From assembly GCA_023229825.1 (NCBI GenBank), contig JALNYN010000002.1, positions 17,789 through 81,788 of the forward strand: DNA of 64,000 bases. The letters are read 5' to 3'. Numbering within the stretch: position 1 is the first letter of the stretch; each line of letters starts with the position of its first letter. The translations under genes were made by a program, and so were the position numbers. The notes beneath the pieces are model-generated. The model was not told where the DNA came from, searched no databases, and saw only the letters and a program-made list of their open reading frames with translations. This document shows, piece after piece, positions 46,937 through 56,768 of this stretch. The stretch is from Minisyncoccota bacterium (lineage in GTDB: Bacteria > Patescibacteriota > Minisyncoccia > Phycocordibacterales > CAIJYI01).

Positions 46937-47659
46937 TTAAAATATTATTACGCAATATGTTCCACGAATATTATTATCTGCCATAGTAATTTCCATCTTT
47001 TTTGATGGGAAAATACTTACGAGACCTATACCGGAACGAAAGATGAAATTGATCTCGTTCGATTCCAATACTCTTCGGACGACTTTTAATCCATTACCTC
47101 TTTTTTCAGGGTTTCTTCCGGAAATAACTTCTGTGAAGGCTACAGTAAGTGCCTCCAAGTCTGTTGAAATGCTCGGTCGAATTTGTTGCAATGTTGCCTT
47201 TATTCCGCGTCCGCGGTCAGCAAGAACAATAATCCTTTTTGTAAAATCATAAGCATAAAAAATACCTGTCGCGTCCGGCCAATTGCCTATATTGTGCGCA
47301 AAAGAATTATCTCCGATCTCCCCCACAACAAGAGTAATAAGAGAAGCAAGGTCTTGGGATACATTTTCCGTTCTTAATAGAATCTCCCCCATTTTTGATA
47401 GTCGGCTGGTAAAACGATCGGCCCTTTCGCAATAATATTCACTCGGGAGATCCGGGGGTATCGCGCTTATTGACCAAGCTAATCCAAGTTTTTGAATATC
47501 AAGGGCGAATTTATTCAGGGTTTCCAATGAATAATAACGTTGTTTACCAACGCTTCGTTCGGGCACGATTTTGCCGGATCTCTCCCAGTTGCGAAGGGTT
47601 TGGGTGGTTACCCCAAGTATTTTTGCCGCCTCACCTATGCGTATTTTATCTTCATTCAT
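46937..47659 (-). CDS. MerR-type HTH fused to a HATPase (GHKL) domain
   Basis: IGEAAKILGVTTQTLRNWE..G...R....QRYY; GEIGDNSFAH (N box), LADRGRGI (G1), RGNGL (G2), GT. Confidence 0.8.
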   Translation of the reverse strand: MNEDKIRIGEAAKILGVTTQTLRNWERSGKIVPERSVGKQRYYSLETLNKFALDIQKLGLAWSISAIPPDLPSEYYCERADRFTSRLSKMGEILLRTENVSQDLASLITLVVGEIGDNSFAHNIGNWPDATGIFYAYDFTKRIIVLADRGRGIKATLQQIRPSISTDLEALTVAFTEVISGRNPEKRGNGLKVVRRVLESNEINFIFRSGIGLVSIFPSKKMEITMADNNIRGTYCVIIF

Positions 47660-47665
47660 GTATTA

Positions 47666-47694
47666 AGTATAGGCTATAAACCTATAAAAGTCAA
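47666..47694 (-). promoter_or_regulatory. Sigma70 promoter with palindromic operator, leaderless transcript
   Basis: TTGACT-17-TATACT ending 6 nt before the ATG; tatagg..cctata palindrome in the spacer, repeated at about 47718-47752. Confidence 0.6.
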
Positions 47695-47907
47695 GAATTT
47701 TTTATAAGTTTATACATTAAACCTATAAAAATAAATCTATCTTTATAGGTTTGTTGCAAAAAGCTAATATTATTAAAGTGGATAAAATATGTATAGTATA
47801 TGTATAAACTATACATATTTATGTTAAAAAAGATTGAAAAACCTGACATTTCTAACATCGACATCAATAAAAAAAGAGCAGTCGTTGAAGTCTGCTCTTT
47901 TAAAAAA

Positions 47908-48464
47908 CTACGTGATTATTTTTGCTTTTAATTTTTCACCTTTATAGACGACAATCTCCATTGCGCCACACTCTGCAAAACTCGTGTGAATCGCGAGTTC
48001 TTCTAATGGGGGAAACATTTCCCGTATAATGCAGTTTAAAACCAGATCATGAGAAAGGACGAATACATTTTTTGATTTTTCTATTCTGCTTATGACCGCT
48101 TCCGCCCCTGATTTTCCGATAATTTCCAGGAGGTGCGCATTTTTATGAGACAGAAAATTATAAAGTGTTGCCGGGGCAAGTTCTTTATACATTTCTAATA
48201 CCTGCCTCATATCTTCTTCTCTCGGGAGTTCGTATAGTTCGTTCAAAAAAACAACTTCTTGTTTTTTTCAAATAAACAAAAGATTGTTTCTTTTGCTCGG
48301 TTACTTGAAGAGCAAAGTATCGTATCAAAGTAGATTTTTCGTATCCTCTTTTTGAGAACCGCTGCTTGTGCTCGGCCAGTTTCGGTAATTTTACGTTCTT
48401 TGTCAATTGGGTTTTTATCAGTATTTGCATGGCGCGCAAATATGAAACGTCTTATCATTGCCAT
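47908..48464 (-). pseudogene. Histidine phosphatase (SixA/PGM-like) split by a frameshift in a T7 run
   Basis: FARHA, ITETGRAQA, CSSSNRAKET in one frame; LNELY...VLSHD in the next; A7 run at 48245-48251. Confidence 0.65.
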
Positions 48465-48533
48465 GTTTCCCTCTTAACCAAGTGGATAATCTTATGGCAT
48501 TGTTGCACGGAAGATTTATTATGTCAATTTTTT

Positions 48534-50111
48534 TTAATTCTTCTTTTCTCTATACCCCAGCGCTTCGAGCAGATGTTTTTCTTGGATATTTTCACTTCCT
48601 TCCAAGTCTGCGATCGTTCTGGCGAGTTTTATGATCCTATGATATGCGCGCGGCGAGAGCGACATTCTTGTGGCGGCGGCGTTTAGCATATTCTTTTCTT
48701 TCTCTCCGAGTGGAGCGAATTTCTCCAAGTCTTTTGCGTTCATTTCGGAATTGGTACTTATTCGCCTTCGCCCGTCCGTAGCCTTTGGCGAAGGCGGGTT
48801 TCCTTCGAAACGTTTTTCCTGAATTTTTCTCGCTTTTAAAACTCTGTTTCGTATATTTTCGCTCGTATCCGTCCCCTCCGGCGCTTTGTCCGAAAGTTTT
48901 TTGTAATCGACTTCGGCGACGTTTAAGAAAATGTCGATGCGATCCATGATCGGGCCCGACAATTTTCGTTCATATTTATAGATATCTCCAGCCGAGCAAA
49001 TGCATTCTTTTTTGGTTCCCTTGTGTCCGCACGGGCAGGGATTCATGGCGGCAACTAAAATGAAATTGGCGGGAAATACCTCCGTTCCCTTTGCGCGGGA
49101 AATGCTCACGAATTTTTCTTCGAGAGGTTCGCGAAGCGATTCCAAAACGCGCTTTTCAAACTCCGGAAATTCGTCGGTGAATAAAACGCCGCGATGCGCA
49201 AGGGTGATCTCTCCTGGTTTCGGAAAAGCGCCGCCCCCAATGATGGAAACATAGGAAGAAGTATGATGCGGGGCGCGAAACGGCGGTTCGGTAATGAGCG
49301 ATCCTTTGAGTGTGCCGGCGATGGAATGAATTCCTGTGATCTCCAGTGCTTCTTCAAGAGACAAAGACGGAAGAATTTGTGAAAAGGCGCGAGCGAGCAT
49401 GGTTTTTCCCGTCCCGGGCGGACCGAACATGAGAACGTTGTGCCTTCCCGCCGCGGCGATTTCGAGACCGCGTTTAGCCGTTTCCTGCCCGCGGACATCT
49501 TCAAATCCGTAATCGCGGATAACTTTTTCGCGGTGAATTTCTTTCGTTTGGTGGACGGGAATCTCTTGTTTTGCGCCGTTTTCCGGCGGCCGTATGACAT
49601 TCAGATGCTCGATGACCTCGGCAAGCGTTTTACAACCGTACACATTGATGCCGGAGATCATTGACGCTTCGTCCGCATTTCCGAACGGCAGAAAAACTTC
49701 TTTTGCGCCGCGTTCTTTCGCCTTTTTAACCAGAGGAAGCGTGCCGCGTATGGTTCGAAGCTCGCCGTTCAATCCGAGTTCTCCGAGAAAGATCTTTTTT
49801 GAGGAGTCGAACTTAATTTCACCGCCTGCTAAAAGATACCCGAGCGCCATCGCGAGATCGAAGTTCGTTCCCTCTTTTTTGATATGCGCCGGAGTAAGCG
49901 AAATGATTATTTTTTGATTTTTCGCCTTGGGTGATTTGAATCCCGAATTTTTTATAGCCGCCGAAATGCGATCTTTTGATTCATCCACCGATTTATCCGG
50001 CAGCCCGACGATAGAAAACGAAGCCAATCCTTTTGAAATATCAACTTCGACACAAACAATATGAGCGTTCAAGCCGACGGCTTGAGCGCTGTAGCATTTT
50101 GAAAAACCCAT
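48534..50111 (-). CDS. comM: YifB/ComM family Mg-chelatase-like ATPase
   Basis: IVGLPDKSV.ES, DVRGQ..AKR, GPPGTGKTMLA, PFRAPHHT, GEITLAHRGVLF.DE, AMNPCPCG, SGPIMDRID, LSPRAYHR. Confidence 0.9.
   Translation of the reverse strand: MGFSKCYSAQAVGLNAHIVCVEVDISKGLASFSIVGLPDKSVDESKDRISAAIKNSGFKSPKAKNQKIIISLTPAHIKKEGTNFDLAMALGYLLAGGEIKFDSSKKIFLGELGLNGELRTIRGTLPLVKKAKERGAKEVFLPFGNADEASMISGINVYGCKTLAEVIEHLNVIRPPENGAKQEIPVHQTKEIHREKVIRDYGFEDVRGQETAKRGLEIAAAGRHNVLMFGPPGTGKTMLARAFSQILPSLSLEEALEITGIHSIAGTLKGSLITEPPFRAPHHTSSYVSIIGGGAFPKPGEITLAHRGVLFTDEFPEFEKRVLESLREPLEEKFVSISRAKGTEVFPANFILVAAMNPCPCGHKGTKKECICSAGDIYKYERKLSGPIMDRIDIFLNVAEVDYKKLSDKAPEGTDTSENIRNRVLKARKIQEKRFEGNPPSPKATDGRRRISTNSEMNAKDLEKFAPLGEKEKNMLNAAATRMSLSPRAYHRIIKLARTIADLEGSENIQEKHLLEALGYREKKN
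48764..48795. repeat. Small GCTACG-type palindrome inserted in frame in comM
   Basis: gccttcgcccgtccgtagcctttggcgaaggc read as PSPKATDGRR; relatives at 58084 and 62923. Confidence 0.65.
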
Positions 50112-50121
50112 TGTAAAAAAA

Positions 50122-50206
50122 GCTTTTAGCTGTTAGGTTTTAGGTGTTAGCTTGCCGACGGTCGTTGTCGTGAAGCTAAAACCTAACAGCTAAAACCTAA
50201 AACCTA
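50122..50206. repeat. Hairpin of 7-nt periodic repeats (TTTTAGG / CTAAAAC)
   Basis: ttttagc-tgttagg-ttttagg-tgttagc ... gctaaaa-cctaaca-gctaaaa-cctaaaa. Confidence 0.8.
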
Positions 50207-50566
50207 GTTATTAATGTGCTCCTTGCACGTTTCTGCTGCAGGATTCGCGTCGAGACGGTCGTCCTCTATTTCCTTTCCGCAAATTTTGCAAATACCGAAT
50301 TCTCCATTTTCGATCTTTAAAAGAGAGTTTTTTACCTCATTGAGACGCGCTTCGAGTTCTCCTTCGACGGCGCTTCTCTCCTCAAATTGTTCGAATTTAT
50401 CCGCCAATGAATTTTCATCCGCATCATCCACATTGTCCGCGTTGCCGGGCGTCCCCTGCCAATCATTGGGGTTTTCAGGATTTACGCGTCCAACACTGCG
50501 AAGCTCTTCTTCGAGTTTCGTCTTTTCTTTGGTGAGCAGTTCCTTATATAATTCAATGTTTTTCAT
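50204..50566 (-). CDS. TraR/DksA C4-type zinc finger protein
   Basis: Coiled coil with DADENSLAD; FGICKICGKEI...RL.ANPAAETC. Confidence 0.88.
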   Translation of the reverse strand: MKNIELYKELLTKEKTKLEEELRSVGRVNPENPNDWQGTPGNADNVDDADENSLADKFEQFEERSAVEGELEARLNEVKNSLLKIENGEFGICKICGKEIEDDRLDANPAAETCKEHINN

Positions 50567-50663
50567 ATGATCTCATCTTAGCAAATAATAGCAAAAGGGC
50601 AATATAATAAATGATTCTCGTTTCTGATAATGAGAATTTTCTGAAAATTTGCCCTTATGGTGC

Positions 50664-50791
50664 AAAATTCCTAATTCCTAATTCCTAATTTCCAATTTCT
50701 AATAAAATGTCCAATTACAAAATTTCAAACCGTTTTTATATTTAGTCATTGGACATTTTATTAGAAATTTGAAATTGGGAATTGGAAATTA
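50664..50791. repeat. Hairpin of 7-nt periodic repeats (AATTCCT / TTGGAAA)
   Basis: aattcct x3, aatttcc ... aataaaatgtccaat pairing with attggacattttatt ... ttgggaattggaaatt. Confidence 0.8.
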
Positions 50792-50862
50792 TTTAACAAA
50801 CAGCAGCAAGAATTACTTAAGGGGACATTCGAATTACTGACCTCTGAAACTACCAGTAACGA

Positions 50863-52239
50863 TCATTTCTTCTCCAGTGTGAGATCGAGCCGTCTCGCGA
50901 CCTCAAAAAGAGTATTTTCGCTCGTGCTCAAGATAATCGTATTTTGATCTTTAAATATATAAACCAACACCGTTTCATCACTGAAATCTTTCAATTGACG
51001 CGTGTCTTTGTTCTTTGCCACAACATCAACCCACGCTCTCCCGCGGAGGTCATCGGCGGTCAAAAGCCTGAAAAGCGGGTATATATCATCAAGCATGGTC
51101 GGTTCCCACGACAGCATTTCAGCAAAAGCTGAGTCATAATAATCAGTTTTGAGCACAAGGAAAGGCTGATTGCCGTTGAAATTATGGAATCCGAACATGT
51201 AGTCCGTCTTAAGCGAACGGAGCAGGTTTTGAGGGATCGGTATGTGTAAAATATTAAACAGATCGTCGATGCGAAGGATCGTTTTGGTTTCAGTGACCCC
51301 GTCTTCTGTGGTGACCGTATCTTTATTGACAAAATAGACAAATTCGATCGTATCAAGCTTAATGTCGCCGTTGATATTTCTGCTTATTTCGCTTGATAGG
51401 TCTTTCGCTGATTTTCCCGTTACCACGATCTCTTTATTGTGTTCTGTTCCGAGAAGCGGAACGACGTTGAGTTCTGTGAAAACGTTATTCTTATCCACAG
51501 GACGGAAGAACGCGTAATAAACGACTCCAATGGAAAGCAACAGGAAAACAACCGAGAAAAGGATAAGAGGAAGATTTTTTCCCGACTGAGGAGATTCGTT
51601 CAACTCTCTTTTTGCGCGCGCTTTTTCTTCTTCTAAAACCATACGTACCAGCGAAGTTTTTTGATCCTTGATCGTTCCGGCAACGTCTTTTTTGTAGGTG
51701 CGCAACGTGGGCAGTGCGGAAATATCCTCTGCTTTGGATTCGGGAACCTTCTCTTTCGGTGTTTTGGTCGTGTTTGAAGGACGTGTGATTGCCGGACGAT
51801 TAATAGTCGGAGGTATCACATTTTGCCTTTTAGGAGAAAGATCTTCCGCGTCGACGTTAACCGTAGGCGTCAACGTTTTCCAGCCAAGGTCTTTTTTCGG
51901 CAAGATGGGCGCGCTTTTTAGAGAAAGGTCCTCTCCTCCCGTCGCTTTATCCATCAGTTTTGATTCGATATCCGGTTTCTTCGGTACTCGAAATTCTTTT
52001 TTGGGCGGAAGCGTTTCGGCAATATTTATGGGTGTATTCGGAGGGATGTCGGGAAGTGTTTTTGCGTCCGATGTCGGCTCATTTTGAGACACGACGGAAA
52101 GAGGAAGATTTTTCAGACCAAACAAGGCCGCTTTTTCATCCTCCGTTTTATCTTTTTGAGGTACGCTCAAAACCGTCGGATCTTTTGTGTCCGCTGTTAA
52201 TATATCGCCGGTGTTATTCTTCGGCAGGTCAGTATCCAT
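50863..52239 (-). CDS. Single-pass membrane hypothetical protein
   Basis: Pro-rich N-terminus, LRTYKKD, TM helix, AFAEMLSWE, NKDTR. Confidence 0.68.
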   Translation of the reverse strand: MDTDLPKNNTGDILTADTKDPTVLSVPQKDKTEDEKAALFGLKNLPLSVVSQNEPTSDAKTLPDIPPNTPINIAETLPPKKEFRVPKKPDIESKLMDKATGGEDLSLKSAPILPKKDLGWKTLTPTVNVDAEDLSPKRQNVIPPTINRPAITRPSNTTKTPKEKVPESKAEDISALPTLRTYKKDVAGTIKDQKTSLVRMVLEEEKARAKRELNESPQSGKNLPLILFSVVFLLLSIGVVYYAFFRPVDKNNVFTELNVVPLLGTEHNKEIVVTGKSAKDLSSEISRNINGDIKLDTIEFVYFVNKDTVTTEDGVTETKTILRIDDLFNILHIPIPQNLLRSLKTDYMFGFHNFNGNQPFLVLKTDYYDSAFAEMLSWEPTMLDDIYPLFRLLTADDLRGRAWVDVVAKNKDTRQLKDFSDETVLVYIFKDQNTIILSTSENTLFEVARRLDLTLEKK

Positions 52240-52278
52240 GTTGTGAATGGAGAACCGCTGTGAGTGGGGGGAAGTTTG

Positions 52279-54429
52279 TTATTCCGTTGCGGCGACTGTC
52301 GGGGCGGCTGGCTTGGGCGCCATTTCCGCCATTTTTTTCTTTGCCCAATCCGGATCTGCTTTTCTGATGGAAAGGCTGAGTCTCGATCTCTCGTCAATTT
52401 CTTTGACGATAACGGGGACGGTATCTCCTTCCTTTATAATATCACTTACTTTGTTTACGCGAAATGGTGCGATCTCGGAAATGTGGACAAGTCCTTCTGT
52501 GTTGTAGCCTATCTTAACAAAAGCTCCGATCTCGATGATCTTGGTAACCACTCCTGTATAGCGTTCCCCCGCTTTGTAGACATGCGTCATACCTTCGATG
52601 ATCTTCTTCGCTTTTTCGGCGGCACCGTTCTTTCCGGTAATAAATACCGTTCCATCTTCCTCGATATCGATCTCAGATCCGGTAGCTTCGCGAATTTTAT
52701 TGATCACCTTGCCTCCGGGGCCGATGATCCCGCCGATCTGGTCAGGCTGTATCTTTGCCACGAGTATCTTCGGTGCGACTGACGCGATATCCGCGCGCGG
52801 AGCGGGAATTGCTTTTTCTATAACATCAAGTATCTGAAAGCGAGCCGTTTTTGCTTTGACGAACGCTTCGGAAAGGATCTTTACCGGAATACCGTCGACT
52901 TTCACATCCATCTGAATGGCGGTAATTCCTTCGCGAGTTCCAGCAACTTTGAGGTCCATATCTCCATGGTGGTCTTCCGGACCTTGAATATCCATTAAGA
53001 TCTTATACGTTTTTTCATCTTCCATCATAAGACCCATGGCGATGCCGGCGACGGGCGCTTTGATCGGTACTCCGCCATCCATAAGGGCGAGCGTGGAACC
53101 GCAAACGGAGGCCATGGACGTAGAGCCGTTGGAAGCCATGGATTCGGAAACGACGCGAATGGTGTAAGGAAAAGTTTGCTTGTTAGGAAGAACAGGAATA
53201 AGCGCTTTTTCAGCAAGTGCTCCGTGCCCTATCATGCGTCGGTTCGTTCCGCCCATTCTGCCGGTTTCACCGCCGGAATACGGAGGAAAATTATAGTGGT
53301 GCATGTAGGTCTTGTCTTTTTCCGTTCCATCTATGGTCTGTGAATCTTTCGGTCCTCCAAGAGTCAGTACTGAGAGAACGTGCGTTCCGCCTCGATAAAA
53401 GACGCCGGTTCCATGGAGGATCGGCGAAATCCCTCCCGCCTGCGCGCTCAAATTGCGCAGTTCGTCCATGCCGCGTCCATCAGGCCGGCAATTATTCTTT
53501 ATCGCCTCTTTATGGAGAAGTTCATTCACCTGATGATGGAAATATTCCTTCGCCTTCCCCACGTCTTCTTCAGGTAATTTTTCCTCCACCATCTTCCCCC
53601 ACTCCGCCTCAAGCTCGTATCCGACTTTGCTTCCCGGCCCGACGTAGAGTTTCTCTTTTAATGTTTTAAGGATTTGGTCGGCAAAAAGTTTTTTCACGGC
53701 ATCTGAATGATCTTCTTTCGCAAATACCATTTTAGTTTTTCCCAATTCCTTGATGATCATTTTCTGGAAATTCTGTATTTTTTCGATCTCCTCCTTCCCT
53801 TTTTGGAGCGCGAGACTAGCGACATCTTCGGTGATCTCTTTTCCCCCGAGTTCGATCATGTTGATGTTTCCGTCTTTTCCGCAGAGGGTCATATCCATTT
53901 CGTAATCAGCCGATTCCCTTTCCTCATTTGAAGGATTGACGATAAATTCATTGCTTCCTTTCTTTTTTCCGAGACGAACCGATGAAACAGGTCCGTTAAA
54001 AGGAATATCCGAGGTGGCGAGTGCGAGCGATGCGGCGCTGACGGCAAGCACATCAGGCTCATAACCGTTCATCGCAAGAATAGTAATAACCACCTGAATT
54101 TCGTTTCTGATATGCTGATCAAAAAGAGGTCGAATGGTTCGGTCGACGACTCGTCCGGAAAGAATTCCTTCGCTTGAAGGTTTCCCTTCTCTTCTCACGT
54201 AACGGCTGCCCAATATTTTCCCGGTCGCATAAAAGCGATCTTCGTAATCAACCGTGAGCGGCAAATAATCAATTCCATCCCTTTTGTCTCCGCCGATCAC
54301 GGCAGTGGCGAGCACCATCGTATCGCCGTAGCTTATTATGACCGAACCGTTGGTTTGATCCGCGAGGTCCGTAAATTGGGCGACAAGTTTTTTACCCCCA
54401 ATTTCCACAGAATATTCTTTGCTTTGCAT
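52279..54429 (-). CDS. pnp: Polyribonucleotide nucleotidyltransferase
   Basis: YLPLTVDY, RREGKPS, DRTIRPLF, HHYNFPPYS, GHGALAEKAL, SNGSTSMASVC, GDMDLKVAGT, KH and S1 domains. Confidence 0.97.
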   Translation of the reverse strand: MQSKEYSVEIGGKKLVAQFTDLADQTNGSVIISYGDTMVLATAVIGGDKRDGIDYLPLTVDYEDRFYATGKILGSRYVRREGKPSSEGILSGRVVDRTIRPLFDQHIRNEIQVVITILAMNGYEPDVLAVSAASLALATSDIPFNGPVSSVRLGKKKGSNEFIVNPSNEERESADYEMDMTLCGKDGNINMIELGGKEITEDVASLALQKGKEEIEKIQNFQKMIIKELGKTKMVFAKEDHSDAVKKLFADQILKTLKEKLYVGPGSKVGYELEAEWGKMVEEKLPEEDVGKAKEYFHHQVNELLHKEAIKNNCRPDGRGMDELRNLSAQAGGISPILHGTGVFYRGGTHVLSVLTLGGPKDSQTIDGTEKDKTYMHHYNFPPYSGGETGRMGGTNRRMIGHGALAEKALIPVLPNKQTFPYTIRVVSESMASNGSTSMASVCGSTLALMDGGVPIKAPVAGIAMGLMMEDEKTYKILMDIQGPEDHHGDMDLKVAGTREGITAIQMDVKVDGIPVKILSEAFVKAKTARFQILDVIEKAIPAPRADIASVAPKILVAKIQPDQIGGIIGPGGKVINKIREATGSEIDIEEDGTVFITGKNGAAEKAKKIIEGMTHVYKAGERYTGVVTKIIEIGAFVKIGYNTEGLVHISEIAPFRVNKVSDIIKEGDTVPVIVKEIDERSRLSLSIRKADPDWAKKKMAEMAPKPAAPTVAATE

Positions 54430-54546
54430 GTTTTTATTGCGTGTGGTCACCGGATTCTAGTACTGAAATATGATCGATCGTATTTCAATCCTATGATCCG
54501 CCGGCCACGATTAAACCTATAATACACTCTTCAAAAGTCGCTTGTC

Positions 54547-54619
54547 GTCATCCCGGGCAACGACCCGGGATCCATGTTATACCGCCGAACATGGATTCCG
54601 GATCAAAGTCCGGAATGAC
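54547..54619. repeat. RPE4/REP-like doublet with outer inverted flanks
   Basis: gtcatcccgggcaacgacccgggatccatg ... catggattccggatcaaagtccggaatgac; ttcaaaagtcg / cgacttttgaa outside. Confidence 0.8.
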
Positions 54620-54788
54620 AAAAATACGAATAAAACGACTTTTGAAAGAGCACTAATGAAACCACTATATCAATGTTTTATAAAGAAAACAAAGTTGACC
54701 CAGCTAGAAAATCGTGTTTTTTGGAGATGTTGACAAAAACAAATTTTTATCTTAAGATGTTTCAGGAATTGTCCAAAGGAGAACAAAC

Positions 54789-55052
54789 ATGCCATACGTT
54801 AAAATTAACGGAGAACAACAGTACTTGCTTGATAAACACGAATTTGAGCGTCTTGTTTCAGAAAGAAGCAAAATAAGCGCCGAAATCGAGGCTCTCAAGG
54901 CGGTCCGTTTCGTGGAAAATGTCTTTTTTACCGGAAGACTTTCGCTTGAAATTTCTTCCCGTGAACAAAAAATAAAGTCAATTGATCTCGCCCTTGCTGA
55001 TCATCGCAAAAAACTCGGCATCGAAACGCCGACCATTCATACGGAATTATAA
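54789..55052 (+). CDS. Small hypothetical protein
   Basis: TTGACA/TAAGAT promoter, AAGGAG RBS, 87 aa. Confidence 0.55.
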   Translation: MPYVKINGEQQYLLDKHEFERLVSERSKISAEIEALKAVRFVENVFFTGRLSLEISSREQKIKSIDLALADHRKKLGIETPTIHTEL

Positions 55053-55130
55053 AGTTTCGAAACACCGCGAGTATTCGCGGTGTTTTTTAATTCCTTGCCG
55101 TATTCCCTTCTCTCCATTATTCTTAATGTT

Positions 55131-55904
55131 ATGAAAATCATTTCTTGGAATGTGAACGGTCTGCGCGCCGTACATAATAAAAACTTGTTTCTCCCCTTTG
55201 TTTTGAGGGAAAAACCTGACATTTTGTGTCTTCAGGAGATCAAAGCGCAAGCGCTGCAATTACCCGCAGAAATAGCCGTCATGCCCGGATATCATGCCTA
55301 TTTCTCGTCCCCAAAGGTGAAAAAAGGATACAGCGGCGTTGCACTGTATTCAAAAACAGAGCCGGAAAAAGTCGAATATGGCATAGGTATTCCCAGATTC
55401 GATGACGAAGGACGGATCCTTATCGCCTATTATCCGGAATTCACGCTTCTCAATATCTATTTTCCGAACGGCGGAAGCGGTGAGGAACGACTGAAGTATA
55501 AACTAGACTTTTATGATGCGTTCCTCTTATTTATTGATAAGTTAAAAAAAGGAGGACAGAAGATTATTTTCTGTGGAGACATCAACACGGCTCATGAAGC
55601 GATCGATCTTGCACGTCCGAAACAGAATGAAAACAACACCGGCTTCCTTCCTGAAGAACGCGCATGGATCGACGAGGTGATCGCGCACGGATATTCCGAC
55701 ATCTTCAGAGGCCAATATCCGACTAAAAAAGATGTCTATACTTTTTGGGATATGAAGACGGCGTCGAGAGAAAGAAATGTAGGCTGGAGGATCGATTATT
55801 TTTTCATAAGCAACAATATTTCTCCGAAAAAAATATCAACAGGAGTGTTATCAAATGTATACGGTTCGGATCACTGTCCAATTTCCCTTTTATTAGAGCC
55901 GTAG
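55131..55904 (+). CDS. xth: Exodeoxyribonuclease III
   Basis: MKIISWNVNGLRA, LQEIK, GYSGV, EGR, YFPNG, GDINTAH, GWRIDYF, GSDHCP. Confidence 0.95.
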   Translation: MKIISWNVNGLRAVHNKNLFLPFVLREKPDILCLQEIKAQALQLPAEIAVMPGYHAYFSSPKVKKGYSGVALYSKTEPEKVEYGIGIPRFDDEGRILIAYYPEFTLLNIYFPNGGSGEERLKYKLDFYDAFLLFIDKLKKGGQKIIFCGDINTAHEAIDLARPKQNENNTGFLPEERAWIDEVIAHGYSDIFRGQYPTKKDVYTFWDMKTASRERNVGWRIDYFFISNNISPKKISTGVLSNVYGSDHCPISLLLEP

Positions 55905-55931
55905 TTTAGATTGTCTTTTAAGGAAATTTAG

Positions 55932-55950
55932 TTATCCACAGTTATCCACA
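55932..55950 (+). promoter_or_regulatory. Two tandem perfect DnaA boxes upstream of a sigma70 promoter
   Basis: TTATCCACA g TTATCCACA, then TTGCAC-16-TATAAT at about 55960-55987. Confidence 0.6.
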
Positions 55951-56198
55951 GTAAAGGACTTGCACATAAAGGACACGCGAGTATAATAATAATCAGATAG
56001 TGATTTACAAATAGATTACCAAAGGAACAATATGTTCCACCGCGATAACCATCGCAAACAATCTATAAAAACACAATCAAAAAACAAATCGCATTAGTTC
56101 TTTTCTCTAAAAGACAAATAAATATACAGCAAGGGCCATCTTATCGTGGCCCTTTACTTTATTCTGTGAGCATACGGCGAGTCGTCTTTTTGGCGATC

Positions 56199-56276
56199 TT
56201 CGTTTTGTTTTTTAAAAATTATGTCGGGGCAGTACTACTGTACAGCCCCGACATAATTTTTAAAAAACAAAACGAA
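56199..56276. repeat. Perfect 32-bp-arm inverted repeat
   Basis: ttcgttttgttttttaaaaattatgtcggggc - 14-nt loop - gccccgacataatttttaaaaaacaaaacgaa. Confidence 0.85.
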
Positions 56277-56427
56277 TCTCATCCAAAAATCCCGCCTCTT
56301 GAAGGTTATAACTTTTACGAGTAAAAAATTATTAGAACAAAACAATATTCATTGACAAGCTTTGTTTTATCCAATAATCTTGTAGTGGATACGCAAAACT
56401 TCCAAACAAGCAGAAAAGGAGGAATTT

Positions 56428-56739
56428 ATGTCATTTTATAGAGATGTAATGACAAAAATTGTGCACGATAATGAAGTGTTTAACTATAGTACAACAGAAA
56501 AACGCCTCACCAGTTATTTTTATATAACACATGTAGCCGAGAAAGAAGAAGTTCAAAACGCTATCCACACGTTAGTTGCGATCGGTCTTGTTAAATGCGT
56601 TCTACGCAGAGGTCCATCTCACTGGGATGTGGCATATCGCGAAGGAACCAGCGATGAGATCGTTCCTACCGCATTCGCTCTTCGGCTTATGAAAAAATAT
56701 GTATTGAGGAATTATTTCATGGATAAAGGGTTATATTAA
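56428..56739 (+). CDS. Hypothetical protein, possibly winged-helix
   Basis: AGGAGG RBS, TTGACA promoter, 103 aa, followed by a terminator. Confidence 0.6.
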   Translation: MSFYRDVMTKIVHDNEVFNYSTTEKRLTSYFYITHVAEKEEVQNAIHTLVAIGLVKCVLRRGPSHWDVAYREGTSDEIVPTAFALRLMKKYVLRNYFMDKGLY

Positions 56740-56741
56740 CC

Positions 56742-56768
56742 AAAAAGGGGCTAGATAGCCCCTTTTTT
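56742..56768. terminator. Bidirectional intrinsic terminator
   Basis: aaaaggggcta-ga-tagcccctttt. Confidence 0.7.

Noticed and set aside
46014-48464. Stop-codon reassignment (genetic code 25) to explain split genes
   Set aside because: Both breaks need a frame change rather than TGA readthrough, and long genes translate fully with code 11
55932-55950. Second replication origin
   Set aside because: Only two boxes and no evident unwinding element; the dnaA-dnaN spacer has the full oriC signature
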